The notes under the pieces were generated by a model, which did no database searches, was not told the origin of the DNA, and saw nothing but the letters and a program-made list of their open reading frames with translations. Below, in pieces: positions 1 to 10,804 of a stretch of DNA of 64,000 bases. The DNA is from Felis catus (taxonomy: Eukaryota). Positions within the stretch are counted from its first letter, which is position 1, and the number at the start of each line of letters is the position of its first letter. Location: contig NC_058371.1 in the NCBI RefSeq assembly GCF_018350175.1, positions 48,856,001 to 48,920,000 on the forward strand. Direction: 5' to 3'. The translations under genes were made by a program, and so were the position numbers.

Positions 1-120
1 CAGTGCGTGCTCATTTGGTTCAAGCACCTTCAGTAAGAGGTGGTGACTCTTTCTCAATGCAGAAGAGAAGGCAGTTTAGGTAAGCTGCGACCAGTGACCA
101 TTAACCTCAGTGCTGGGTCG

Positions 121-337
121 GGGGCGTCTGGGTGGCTCAGCCGGCTGAGCGTCCAACTCCTGATTTTGGCTCAGGACATGATTTCATGGTCGTGGGTTCG
201 AGCTCCGAGTCGGGCTGTGCGCTGACATCGTGCAGCCTGCTTGGGATTCTCTCTGCCCCTCGCCCCACCCTCATGCTCACTCTCTCTCTCTCTCTCTCTC
301 TTTCAAAATAAATAAATCAACTTGAAAAAAAAAAAAC
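121..337 (+). mobile_element. Can-SINE
   Basis: GGGGCGTCTGGGTGGCTCAG head, (CT)n, poly-A. Confidence 0.9.
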
Positions 338-803
338 AATATCAGTGGTAGGGGTGCCAATTTGAGCCCTGGCATCTGTGTGTCTCTTTTTCTGGCCCTA
401 AACAGGACTTTCTTGTGGCAAAGTACTATGTAATTTCTGCAACTTTAACTACGATATTTTATGGGAAAAGCCCGGGAGGCTTGGTTGAGTGCTCATCTAC
501 ACTTCATACATCAGCCTCTCACAGCACTTGTATCTATTTTGCAGTGGCTTCTAAAATTATAGGAGTGAGGCTAGGAATATTTAACTAGACTCTGAAGGCT
601 TGCCCTGGCAAACCCAAACGTATTCAGAACAAAGCCACAAGATTGATCCGCAATGTACAAGGGGAACAATTAACTCTTTCTGAGCACAGACTATTGTGTG
701 CCAGGAACCATTCTAGATGCTTCGACAGCTGTTACTCAAATTAACAAGAAACTAGTCAATGAGCAGATCTAACAAAACTGAGGGCAACAGCTGAAGGGAA
801 GTA

Positions 804-1211
804 CAGTCGACCCTCAAATGTGTCCACAGTGTGGATTCTATACCAGGCAGTACTGTGATGTCGTTTTTCTCTTCTTTATGATTTTCTTTCTTTTCTTTCT
901 TTCTTTCTTTCTTTCTTTCGTAAGAGAGAAAGCAAGAGTGCGGGAGGGAATGGGGGAGGGGCAGAGATGGAGGAAGACAGAGAATCCGAAGTGGGCTCCT
1001 CGCTCAGACAGAGCCTGAGGCAGGGCTCGATCTTATGACTGTGAGATCATGGCCACCGGACACCCCCTCTTCTTTATGATTTTCTTAATCTCTTTTTTTC
1101 TAGCTTACTTGAAGAATACAGTACATAAGACACATTGAATATGAACTACGTGTTAATAGACAGCTTACGTTATCGCCTCCTTTTACCCCCTCGTTGTTCA
1201 AGGGTCAATTA
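804..1211. mobile_element. Tigger2-like MITE interrupted by a SINE
   Basis: TA-flanked TIRs CAGTCGACCCTCAAA and TTCAAGGGTCAATTA. Confidence 0.7.
889..1066 (-). mobile_element. Can-SINE, internally deleted, inside the Tigger MITE
   Basis: 20-bp TSD ctcttctttatgattttctt at 869-888 and 1067-1086. Confidence 0.85.
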
Positions 1212-1790
1212 TATTTCCTTTGCTTCGGGACCAACCACTACCGGTGACCCATGTGTTCTGGGGACAGAACACCAAACACTGGTTAAAAACACGTCCCAAA
1301 CACCTAGCTCTCCAACATAAGGGTGTCCTATAATCTTAAGAAGTTACTCAACCATTCTGTGACTACGAGCTTTCACCTCTGTTAAGACAGGGACAATAAC
1401 TGTACCTAACTCAGGATCATTCTGAGGAAGTGAGTAAATGTTTGCCAAGTGTTTATAGTGGTGCCAGCAGAACACACGGTAAGTGTTTGTTAACCAGAAT
1501 ACGTATTCTCTAAAGTTCCATCATCTGCAGGGGAAAATGAGGAGGTCTACCAGGCCGGGCCCTGGGGAAGAAGATAACTGGAGAAATCAAAGAATGCTGT
1601 CTCCCGATTTCAGGGACAGCCCTCCATCTTAACTCGTGTCTACAGATGAGGGGCCCAGGTGGAGCAGGGCCGAGGACCGTCCCCAGTGCCACAGCCAGAA
1701 GGCAGCAGAGTGGAATTTCAAGTCCCATGTGTCTGACCCCACAAAGGGAGCCCCAGTGAGGGACCAGGGACCCAGGGCTCCCCGACTCAC

Positions 1791-1895
1791 CCACTGACAA
1801 GATCTCCTGGCACTTGTCACACTGGTCCTTCATCCTCAGGCACCCCGTGGAGTTGTGACGGATCTCCTTGCACACCATACGGTCTTGGTTGTCTT
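1791..1895 (-). CDS. CLU: CLU exon 6 (105 nt), second cysteine cluster
   Basis: ctccag|AAGAC...GTGG|gtgagt; [35 protein letters not shown]. Confidence 0.98.
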
Positions 1896-2942
1896 CTGGA
1901 GACACAGGAGGGAAGGGGGAGTCATGCTGATGGCCCACACAGAGCAATATAGTGATGGGCCACCCAGACCTCACTGATCCTTCCACGCTCCCGTTTGCCC
2001 CCCTGAGATGCAGGTTGGAAAGTAGTCATCTGCCTGCAGACTGATCGGGGCTCCCCACAGAAGGACCAGGAGCTGGCTCCCAGGGCCTCGCCTCCCACCG
2101 TCTCTGGGGGATGAGACCCTCCCGCCGCCACACTGCCGTTAGCTCCACGGGCCTCTCTTTGGCATCAGAACCCATTTTTGCTTTGCATTTCATCTGGCTC
2201 GTTTCTCTCCCCCTAGCCAGTCAGCAAGCCCCTTGAAGGCAGGAATGGGATCCTCCTTTGAGCCGCCTTACAACACAGGGCTCCCCCCATTGCGGATATG
2301 CAGTAGATGCTGTTCAATTCAAGGTCCTTCTGTATTTCCAGACCATTTCAAGCCAACACACTGCAGCATTTAGGAGATGGTGTTGGCCAACTACGTCTAT
2401 TAGTTCAACGAAGGAAATCAGTTCTAAATATATTGACTTTTCATGTCCATATTAGACTTCATTCCCTGAAAAAATATTCACTGCATGCTCATTTTCCACC
2501 AAGGCCCCAAGGTTATAGCCATGAACGGTTTTCTAAACTGTAATATGGACTCATTATATAATTGGTCACCAATATATGCATGGCATCCACATAAAGCCAC
2601 CTGCGTTCCCGAGAGAAAGGCTGTCTGGTTCTCTCGAATGAACTAATCAATGTCATGACCACCAGTTGCTGGGAGGGGCATGGTAAACTTGGAAAAAACA
2701 AGGTTCCAAGTCTGGCAGGGCTAAGTTTGACCAGGTCATACTTTTCCGGCTGTGAATACTTGGACACACTCCTTTACTGTCATAATTTTCTCCTCCTTAA
2801 ATGGGGATAATACCATTCATGGAGTTGCTGGGGGGAATAGAGACGACACACGCCAGGCCGCCAGCAATGTTCTTAGACTCTACTGAGCTTCTCAATAACC
2901 TGCTAGTTCCCATCCCTTAGGAAGAATGAGACATTTTTTCAC

Positions 2943-3351
2943 CTTCTGTGAATTCCATCGGAAAGTGGTAGGGAATTCTCTGGAGGTTGATGTCCATGGC
3001 CTGTTGAGCCTGGTGTATCATGTCGAAGAAGGGTTGAAACATGTCGTGGAAGTTCAAGGGTTGGAATGCAGGGAAAGGCATTACGTTCCGGGCGAAGCGG
3101 GACTTGGGATTGAAGAAGAAAGGCCTCCTCTGTAATGAGCTGAAGGGTGAGTAGTGGTAAGTATCCTGGGGCTCACGGGTGAAGAATCTGTCCTGGAAAA
3201 GCTCGTCCATAATTCTGGATGCCCGGTTGAAGCTGTCCTGCATGACGTCCAGGGCGTGGGTCTGCTGCCGGTCGTTCTCCAGCAGGGAGTCGATGCGGTC
3301 GCCATTAATCCAGAAGTAGAAGGGAGAACTCTGGTTCAGGAACTCCTCAAG
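2943..3351 (-). CDS. CLU: CLU exon 5 (409 nt), includes the chain cleavage site RFAR|NVMPF
   Basis: ttacag|CTT...GAAG|gtgaaa; [41 protein letters not shown]... within ORF 2917-3450. Confidence 0.98.
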
Positions 3352-3985
3352 CTGTAACAGGCAAAATGGGCAAGTTAGGAGAAGGTTGCTAAGGTCCCAG
3401 GCTCCTCCTGCCCTCCTGCGTGTTGAGAAGAGCCGATCCTGACCCCTCACTGCCCTTGGGTCTCCTCAATCATAGCACGTGACCAAAGATCCTGCTGGGA
3501 CTGGCTCCCTGGCCCCCCAACTGGGGGGCCAATGCCCTTCCATTCTACCTGCCCAATGGGGAAGAATTTAGGAAGGCCTCTGAGGCCACGAGATGCACAG
3601 ACCCCCGTCACCTGAGACTAGTCTCTTCTTTGACCAAGAAGGATCCCACACCCCTGCTCAGCCAAGGGCCAACTGACAGCCTTCAGTTCATGAGCTCCAA
3701 CCAGGCGAGGCCCTCAGGGGAGGATGAGATCAATATTCATGTGCCAAAGTTCTTAACTCCTTCTGCCTAAGCGGGCACAAGGATCTGCTGTACCACGAAG
3801 CTGTTACATTACCCAGCTAATAATTTCTAGAGAAGAACCTTCTAACAGATGGCCAATACCTGGCACATGTGCGGTCCATGACTTCACATTTGTGCACTCA
3901 TAGCAACTGATGATGGGCGCTCTGGGGGCCCCAGTGCCTCCGCAGCCCGGACTGATGAGTTGCATCAGGGCTTGTGAAAGGAAGC

Positions 3986-4198
3986 TGTGATGTTGTGATT
4001 TATAGTAAGAAATGTATATTTGGTCTTCGTGGGGTTCCTAAAGCCCTTAGAATTTCCTTCCAGGAGAGCAATAAAGGTCTTTTGTTATGTTAATGAGGCG
4101 GCTTTTGGAAAGCACCTAAGGATGGGGGCTGGTGGCCAGAGGAACGAACCGGGTGAGAACAATTAGAAGGTGGAAGTTTTAATCCCACCTCCTGAAGT

Positions 4199-4232
<34 letters not shown>

Positions 4233-4789
4233 GGGTGTGGAGGTTGAATCCATCCGCAATGGCCAATGATTTTATCAATCATGACCACGGAAGGAAGATT
4301 CCATAAAAATCCCAAAAGGATGGGCTTGAGGAGCCTCTGGGTCGGTGTACATGTGAAAACACTGGAGAGGGGCGCCCTCTCAGAGGGCGTGTTAGCTCCC
4401 CACCCTTTCCCCACACCTTGCCCTATGCATCTCTTCTGTTTTTTCTGAGTTATAGCCTTTTATCAGACACCAATAACCTAGTAAGCCAACTGTGTCTCTG
4501 AGCTGTGAGCTGCTCTGGCAAATTAATTGAACCCAAGGAGGGGATTGTGGGAACCTCCACTCTGTAGCCAGTCGGACAGAAGCACAGGTGACAAGCCAGG
4601 CTTGGGATGGGCGGCTGAAGCTAGGGGGTGGGGAGGACGGTCCTGTGGGCCTGAGCCCTTACCCTGTGGGATCTAATGCTGCCTCCCAGGTGGACAGTGT
4701 CAGAATGGAGCTGAATCGTAGGCTGCTGTGGGGGAATTGCTTGGCGTGAGGAACACCCCCCGCGCGTCGGAACTGGGTGTAGGACCATA
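3986..4789 (+). mobile_element. Solo LTR, MER21-like, in CLU intron 4
   Basis: Starts TGTGATGTTGTGATTTATAGTAAGAAATGTATATTTGGTCTTC; 5-bp TSD GAAGC at 3981-3985 and 4790-4794. Confidence 0.8.
4200..4231. repeat. G32 homopolymer
   Basis: Read directly. Confidence 0.95.
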
Positions 4790-4863
4790 GAAGCATATTT
4801 CACTCAGTTCTTCGCACCCCCCACTCAGAGCCTAGCTGTCCTCAGCGGCGCGTCCCCTTTCAC

Positions 4864-5034
4864 CTGTTGGCCAACCAGGCCCGAGCCGCTTCTGCAGACG
4901 CGAGCATAGAACTTCATGCAGGTCTGTTTCAGGCACGGCTTACACTCCTCCCAGAGGGCCATCATGGTGTCATTGCACACCCCCTCGGACGCCTTCAGCT
5001 TCATTTCAGAGTCCTTGGTATCACTTAGGGCATC
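4864..5034 (-). CDS. CLU: CLU exon 4 (171 nt), first cysteine cluster; not in the ORF track
   Basis: ctgtag|GAT...CAG|gtgaaa; my translation [57 protein letters not shown]. Confidence 0.98.
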
Positions 5035-5497
5035 CTACAGGGGGACACGAGGCCAGGTTAGCCACACAGAAACCACAGGCTTCACGCTTTCCAAGGGCGC
5101 ACGGCGATGCCTGGCCCTCCCTCCACCGCTCAGGCGGGTCTTTCCAGGGCTGGCCACACAGCGTGCTTATTTCCTCCTCTGGCTCCTATATCCCTCACTC
5201 GCCTGGATTTCCCTCCCCACCCAGCTCTAAAGACCTTCCCAACTTCAAGACCCCGCTTTTCCTTACAGTTTTGTCCAGCCACTAGAACCCATGTGGATAT
5301 CCCCTTCCTCTGATGCTGCACCTAGTCTCAACCCCAGGATTTACCGCTCCCTTATACCTAATTTTCTCTTCTCCACTTTTGGGGTTTAAATGTTGTCTTC
5401 CAAAGCTTCCACCGATGTCCTGAATCTTATCTGTCTATTGCAGCCACAGTCCCTGGCATGCAATGAGAATAAGCAAGCTTTCTTGATCAAAGTCACT

Positions 5498-5890
5498 GGG
5501 CGTCTGGGTGGCTCAGTCAGTTAAGCGTCCGACTTCCACTCAGGTCATGATCTCACAGCTTGTGAGTACGAGCCCTGCCTTGGGCTCTGTGCTGACAGCT
5601 CAGAGCCTGAAGCCTGTTTCAGATTCTATCTCTGTTTGTCTCTGCTCCTCCCCTGCTGTCTCTTTCTCTTTCAAATATAAATAAACATTAAGAAAAAAAT
5701 TAAGGTGGCTCAATCAGTTAAGCATCAGACTCTTGGTTTCAGGTCAGGTCATGATCTCACAGATGGTGAGTTCGAGCCCTGTATTGGGCTCTGTGCTGGG
5801 ATTCTCTCTCTCTACCCCTCCCCTGATTGCTCTCTCTCTCTCTCTCTCTTCCTCAAAGTAAATAAATAGCCTTAAAATTTTTTTTTCTTA
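5498..5890 (+). mobile_element. Two tandem Can-SINEs
   Basis: Heads at 5498 and about 5704; flanked by aaagtcac. Confidence 0.85.
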
Positions 5891-6595
5891 ATTAAAAGTT
5901 AAAGTCACAACAACTACCAAAACTCTCTCGTACATCCATGTCACTTGGTCCAGTAATTCTATAAGAATCCATCCCAAAGAATTCCTGCCATAAAGGGAAA
6001 ATCCCTATGCATGAAGATATTTGTTACAGTATTCATTTATGGCAGAAAAAAAATACTGGAATCAATCCGGATGCTTAAAACTAGAAGGCCAGTGAAGCAA
6101 ATTGTGGTCCACCCAGAGGCTGGACAAGTAGTTTGGCAGGGGTGTTCATAGTTAAGTTTTAAATAGCGTAACAAGCACTTTTCCATGTTAACCGTGATTT
6201 TGAGTATAGCGGCTGTCAAAAGAATACAAAGGGGAAAATGTAGTAAAAAACGAATCACATGTTAACAGTCCTCAGGTAAGAGGGTTATGGAAAACTTTTT
6301 CTCTTCCACTTTTCTATATTAAAGTCTCAACAAATGAATGTATTAACACTTCCAAGAAGAATGAAGTAGACCATCCACACCGCAAAGCAAATCTACACTG
6401 TGAAGAGCTGACCAGGAAGACACGGACTTCCAAGAGATCCCTCCTCTGTTCCACGTCCCCTGCACCCCTGGTACCCTGCTGCTGCTGGAAAGGCCACCAT
6501 ACCTCTTACCAAGCCAATTGACAACCATCAACTGCCCTGCCCACTTCCTCTCTTTCCCGTTCACATACTGAAGAACTAAGAAGCAATGTAGTCTT

Positions 6596-6825
6596 GGGGC
6601 GCCTGGGTGGCTCAGTCGGTTGAGCGTCCAACTTCAGCTCAGGTCATGATCTCACAGTTTGTGGGTTTGAGCCCCTCGTCCGGCTCTGTGCTGACGCCTC
6701 AGAGCCTGGAGCCTGCTTCAGATTCTGTGTGTGCGTGTCTCTCTCTCTCCCCCTCCCCTGCTCACGCTCTGTCTCTGTCTCTCAAAAACAGATAAATGTA
6801 AAAAAATAAAATAAAAAATAAAAAT
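6596..6825 (+). mobile_element. Can-SINE
   Basis: TSD aag(c/t)aatgtagtctt. Confidence 0.92.
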
Positions 6826-7186
6826 AAGTAATGTAGTCTTTTCTTGAACTTGATGTGCTTTTATCACAGAATCTGGATTGTAGAACATCCAACTGTGATC
6901 ATGACCACAAAAACTCCAGAACAAGACTTGCCTGCCACCTCTACATGAGCTACTTGAGGATTCTCATAAAATGGTGAGAAAAAAACCACTGAGGCCAAGG
7001 AAGGGCACGAAGTGTCAAAAGAAAGAGCTGCCTCCAGGCCAGCATTTCCTGAAGCAGCTTCCACGGAATTGTGCTAAAAGCTATCAGGGGGAGAAAAAAG
7101 GATGCTCTGATCAATTCCATTTGGAAAACAAAGGGTTAAGTGAAATTACACAAACTTCTTCGCTGCAGAACTTCTCAGAGCCTTTA

Positions 7187-7404
7187 TTTTATGTATTTAG
7201 TTATTCGTTATTATCTTTTTTTTTTTTTTGTAGCTTTTAAAAGTTCAAAACAAAATTTCTAGGGAGAGAGCACATGAGCAGGGGAGAAGGGCAGAGGGAG
7301 AGAGAGAGAGACTCTTAAGCCTGATGTGGGCTCACAACTGTGAGATCATGACCTGAGCCAAAATCGAGTCAGATGCTTAACAGACTGTGCCACCCAGGTG
7401 ACCC
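7187..7404 (-). mobile_element. Can-SINE
   Basis: TSD ctcagagccttta. Confidence 0.88.
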
Positions 7405-7432
7405 CTCAGAGCCTTTAAAATGCTTTACTATG

Positions 7433-7640
7433 GGGGCTCTGGGTGGCTCAGTCGCTTAAGCGTTCAACTCAGGTCATGATCTCACAGTTCGTGGGTTTGA
7501 GCCCCGCGTCGGGCTCTGTGCTGATGGCTCAGAGCCTGGAGCCTGTTTCAGATTCTGTGTCTCCCTCTCTCTCTGCTCCTCCCCCACTCATGCTCTGTCT
7601 CTCTCTCAAAAATAAATAAATATTAAAAAAAAATTTTTGT
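7433..7640 (+). mobile_element. Can-SINE
   Basis: TSD aaatgctttactatg. Confidence 0.92.
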
Positions 7641-8351
7641 AAATGCTTTACTATGCATTATGGGTCATGAAGGTAGCAGGTGACCCCGTCTTAGCATTTC
7701 GTTCATTAGGGGGAGGGAGGCAATGGGAGTAGGTTTTTAGGGTACACTTAAGGAGACTATTGATTTTTAAAATAAGTTGTTTATTGCATTGTGGTGTTTT
7801 AGTTTTGTTGAGTCATTAAGCACAGTCTAGACCCGCTATTTTCACTATTGGACTTAGGTGTCTCTTCATGAAATAGTCAGAACTCTAGAAAGCCGGGGGG
7901 CAATACAGCTGTGTGCCTGCCTTAACCCCAAAGGTATTGTCCCTGCTAGGTAAGCTTCCTGCCGGCAGGGCCCCATCCCCCTCCTGATCTGGGACAGACT
8001 TTATCCAAAGCCTACCTTGGAGCTTGCATAGTCAGGGTTTAGAAAAATCTATTGAAGTGAATCCTGGCATCATCAGGCCCTGCGCCAGGCTGGTAAAAAA
8101 AAAAAAAAAAAAAAAAAAAAACAAAAACAAAAACAAAAAACACCAGATCCAAGATCTCACCCCTTGAAGCTTTCAAAAGCAAAGAAACTCTCCCTATTTA
8201 TTAACTGCAGCCCCAGCATCAGCTGACACCAGCCTGGAAGGGCTGAGGGTCACCCTGGCAACCCAGCAGGGCCCCACTGGAGCCCGGGCCACCCCTCCTC
8301 TCTAGCAGAGGCGAGCCAAGGGGGAGGGTGCGGTCACCTGGCTGTCCTCAC

Positions 8352-8500
8352 CTCTTTCTTCTTCTTGGCTTCTTCTAAGTTGCTGAGCAGGGATTTGCGC
8401 TCTTCGTTTGTCTGTTCTATCAGAGTCTTTATCTGTTTCACGCCCTTGAGGGCGTTTTTAATTTCCTTGTTAATGTACTTACTCCCCTCAGTGGACATTT
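8352..8500 (-). CDS. CLU: CLU exon 3 (149 nt)
   Basis: ttgcag|AAATG...AAAGAG|gtgagg; [50 protein letters not shown]. Confidence 0.98.
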
Positions 8501-9837
8501 CTGCAAGAGAAGGGTCGGGAGGTAGAGGGAGGAGAGAGGACGAGACTGCGATGGGGCATGTAACCCTAGAACCAGCTGGAAGGGTCGGGAAGGCCAGCTG
8601 GGTGTAGGAGCTGCCGGGCTGGCAATGCCCACCCTGGCAGGCAGCCTTCGGGCCCCAGCTTTGCCCTGACACGGGTTCCCATCCCAGGGCCTATTGTGGA
8701 CCCAGGGCCCACGTAGCGACTACACCAGCGGCTCAGGAACACAGCCCGCTGGAGCAGGCACACCCCAGAGGAGGGACAGCAAGCAGCACCACGCCACGAC
8801 GCCCCTGTGGCTCTAGAGAACCAGCCTGCCCAGCTGCAGAAGAAAACTTTCAAGGAAAACAAAAAATCCCGGAAGTGTGACTGTTTAAGCACCAAAAGGT
8901 AAAATATTATCTTGGATACAAGTGTTTCTGGAATTCGGCTTAGCCGCACATCTGAACTTCTTTATTCCACGGTTCCAGGTGATGGGGGACACAAAGATGA
9001 ACGAATGGCACCGTTCTGCGAGGAGACTGCGATCAAGACACAACACCGCGTGACAAAGGCAATGAGACAGTGTCCCGAAGAGCGGAAGGAGTAACAGCTA
9101 AGGCTTTTCTGGCGGTTATCCTGGGCCAGACACTGAGTTCGGCCACTTCACGCGCCTTTTATTTAATACTCTCTGTGCTGGCGTCGTGCCCACTGCATAC
9201 ATGAGGAAAAGGAAGCACAGTGAGGTCAGATACCTACCCCAGGTTATACAGCTAGGGAGTCACAGAGGTATCAGACGCATACCCAAGTCCGATCTCAAAG
9301 TCTGAGTTTTCAACTACTGCCTGCAGAGAAGCAGTCAGCTTGCAGGACAAGGGTGGGGAGGAGGGAGGACAGGTTTCAGGAAAGGCCTGGCGGAGGAGGG
9401 GACCCCCGGCTGGGCTCTGAAGGAGGACATTTCTCCCTTCCTGGATATGGAGCATTGAGTTTCTAGGTGGACTGGTATCAGATACATACAGCAGGCGCCA
9501 TGGAAACTCAGAAATGGAAACTCACAAGGCGCAAATGATCCAGGCTTCATAGACCTTTGTGGACAAGGTGGGAGCACAAGACAAGCGGACTGGTGAGGGA
9601 ACAGCCCAAAAGGAATACAGCAGCATCCAGTGCTTTCTGAGCACTTAAGATACACCTGAAAAACGTCTAGGAGTCACCTGACCACAAAGAACCTAGGCCA
9701 GGCAGCTTGGAGAGACGAGGCTCTGGGAGAGGCCGGCCCGAGCCAAGCAGACCTGATGCACAGGAGAAAACGGTCTTTACCACTTGGGGCCCTGACAGTG
9801 AGGAAGTGTGGCCGAGGGGAACCCCTGCTCCACTTAC

Positions 9838-9931
9838 CCTGGAGCTCTGCGTCTGAGACCGCCTTGTCTCCCAGAACCCGTCCATTCTCACAGGTCAGCA
9901 GCAGCCCCACCAACAGTAGGAGAGTCTTCAT
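9838..9931 (-). CDS. CLU: CLU exon 2 coding part, signal peptide (whole exon 9838-9969)
   Basis: Acceptor aaacag|AGGCC at 9969; ATG at 9931-9929; [31 protein letters not shown]+G; donor G|gtaagt. Confidence 0.97.
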
Positions 9932-10259
9932 TGTGCCCGGCTCTCCAATTCTGGAATCCCAACAGGCCTCTGTTTGCAGAGAACAGGAGACTGTCATGGT
10001 AACAGCTAGACAGCCTGCTGGTTTCCGGCCCAGCCTGCAGCCTACAGCAGCTTCCCTGGAGCCCTGCCCTCAGCCAGCCCCTGAGCTGGCAATGCTGTGT
10101 TTTTATCCCTGGGGAAATTGGGAGAAAAGATCAGTCTTGCCCCCGGACACCTTCAAAAGAAAGCAGAGGCGGTGGGTACACGGAGGAGCCATAGGAGAAG
10201 CAGCCTAAGGCAGAAGAAAGGAGAACTCTGGAGTCAGAGCCCTGGGCTCAGGTCCAGCC

Positions 10260-10332
10260 CTTCCCCTCCTCCCCACCCTCCTCCTCCTCCTCCTCCTCCT
10301 CCTCCCCCTCCTCCTCCCCCTCCTCCTCCCCC
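10260..10332. repeat. (CCT)n-rich pyrimidine tract
   Basis: Read directly. Confidence 0.9.
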
Positions 10333-10760
10333 TGAATTGCTGACTAAGACTGGACACTGCTTTCTGCATCCAGAAAGGACGTCTATCTGATGATACCTGC
10401 TCATATCAAATAAACCCTCAAAACACCTCTCTGGGATGACTCATCCGGCCCTTTCCATCCCCACCCCTAACTCCCTAACATGGGGATGGCCTCCCAGAGC
10501 TCAGCAGCCCCCCTGCTGTGTGCACCACTAATCCTGCCCACAGGCATCACCAGTCAATCACACCTTTTTCTCCACTGAGCCTTAACACCACCTAAAACTG
10601 CTTTTTAAGACTCAGAGGCAGTGACAGCCAACCCTTTGGGTCGGCAAAGGACAATAAATCCCATTTGCCATCCCTGGCATGAGACGTGAGCCAGGCAGCA
10701 TAGATTTGGGGTATAAATACAGGAGAGCAGAGGGTGGGGCAATTGTGCTCAGAGAGGGGA

Positions 10761-10764
<4 letters not shown>

Positions 10765-10803
<39 letters not shown>
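10765..10803. repeat. (GA)n microsatellite
   Basis: Read directly. Confidence 0.95.

Positions 10804-10804
<1 letters not shown>

Noticed and set aside
10712-10718. Plus-strand TATAAAT as an antisense promoter in CLU intron 1
   Set aside because: Isolated motif with no other support
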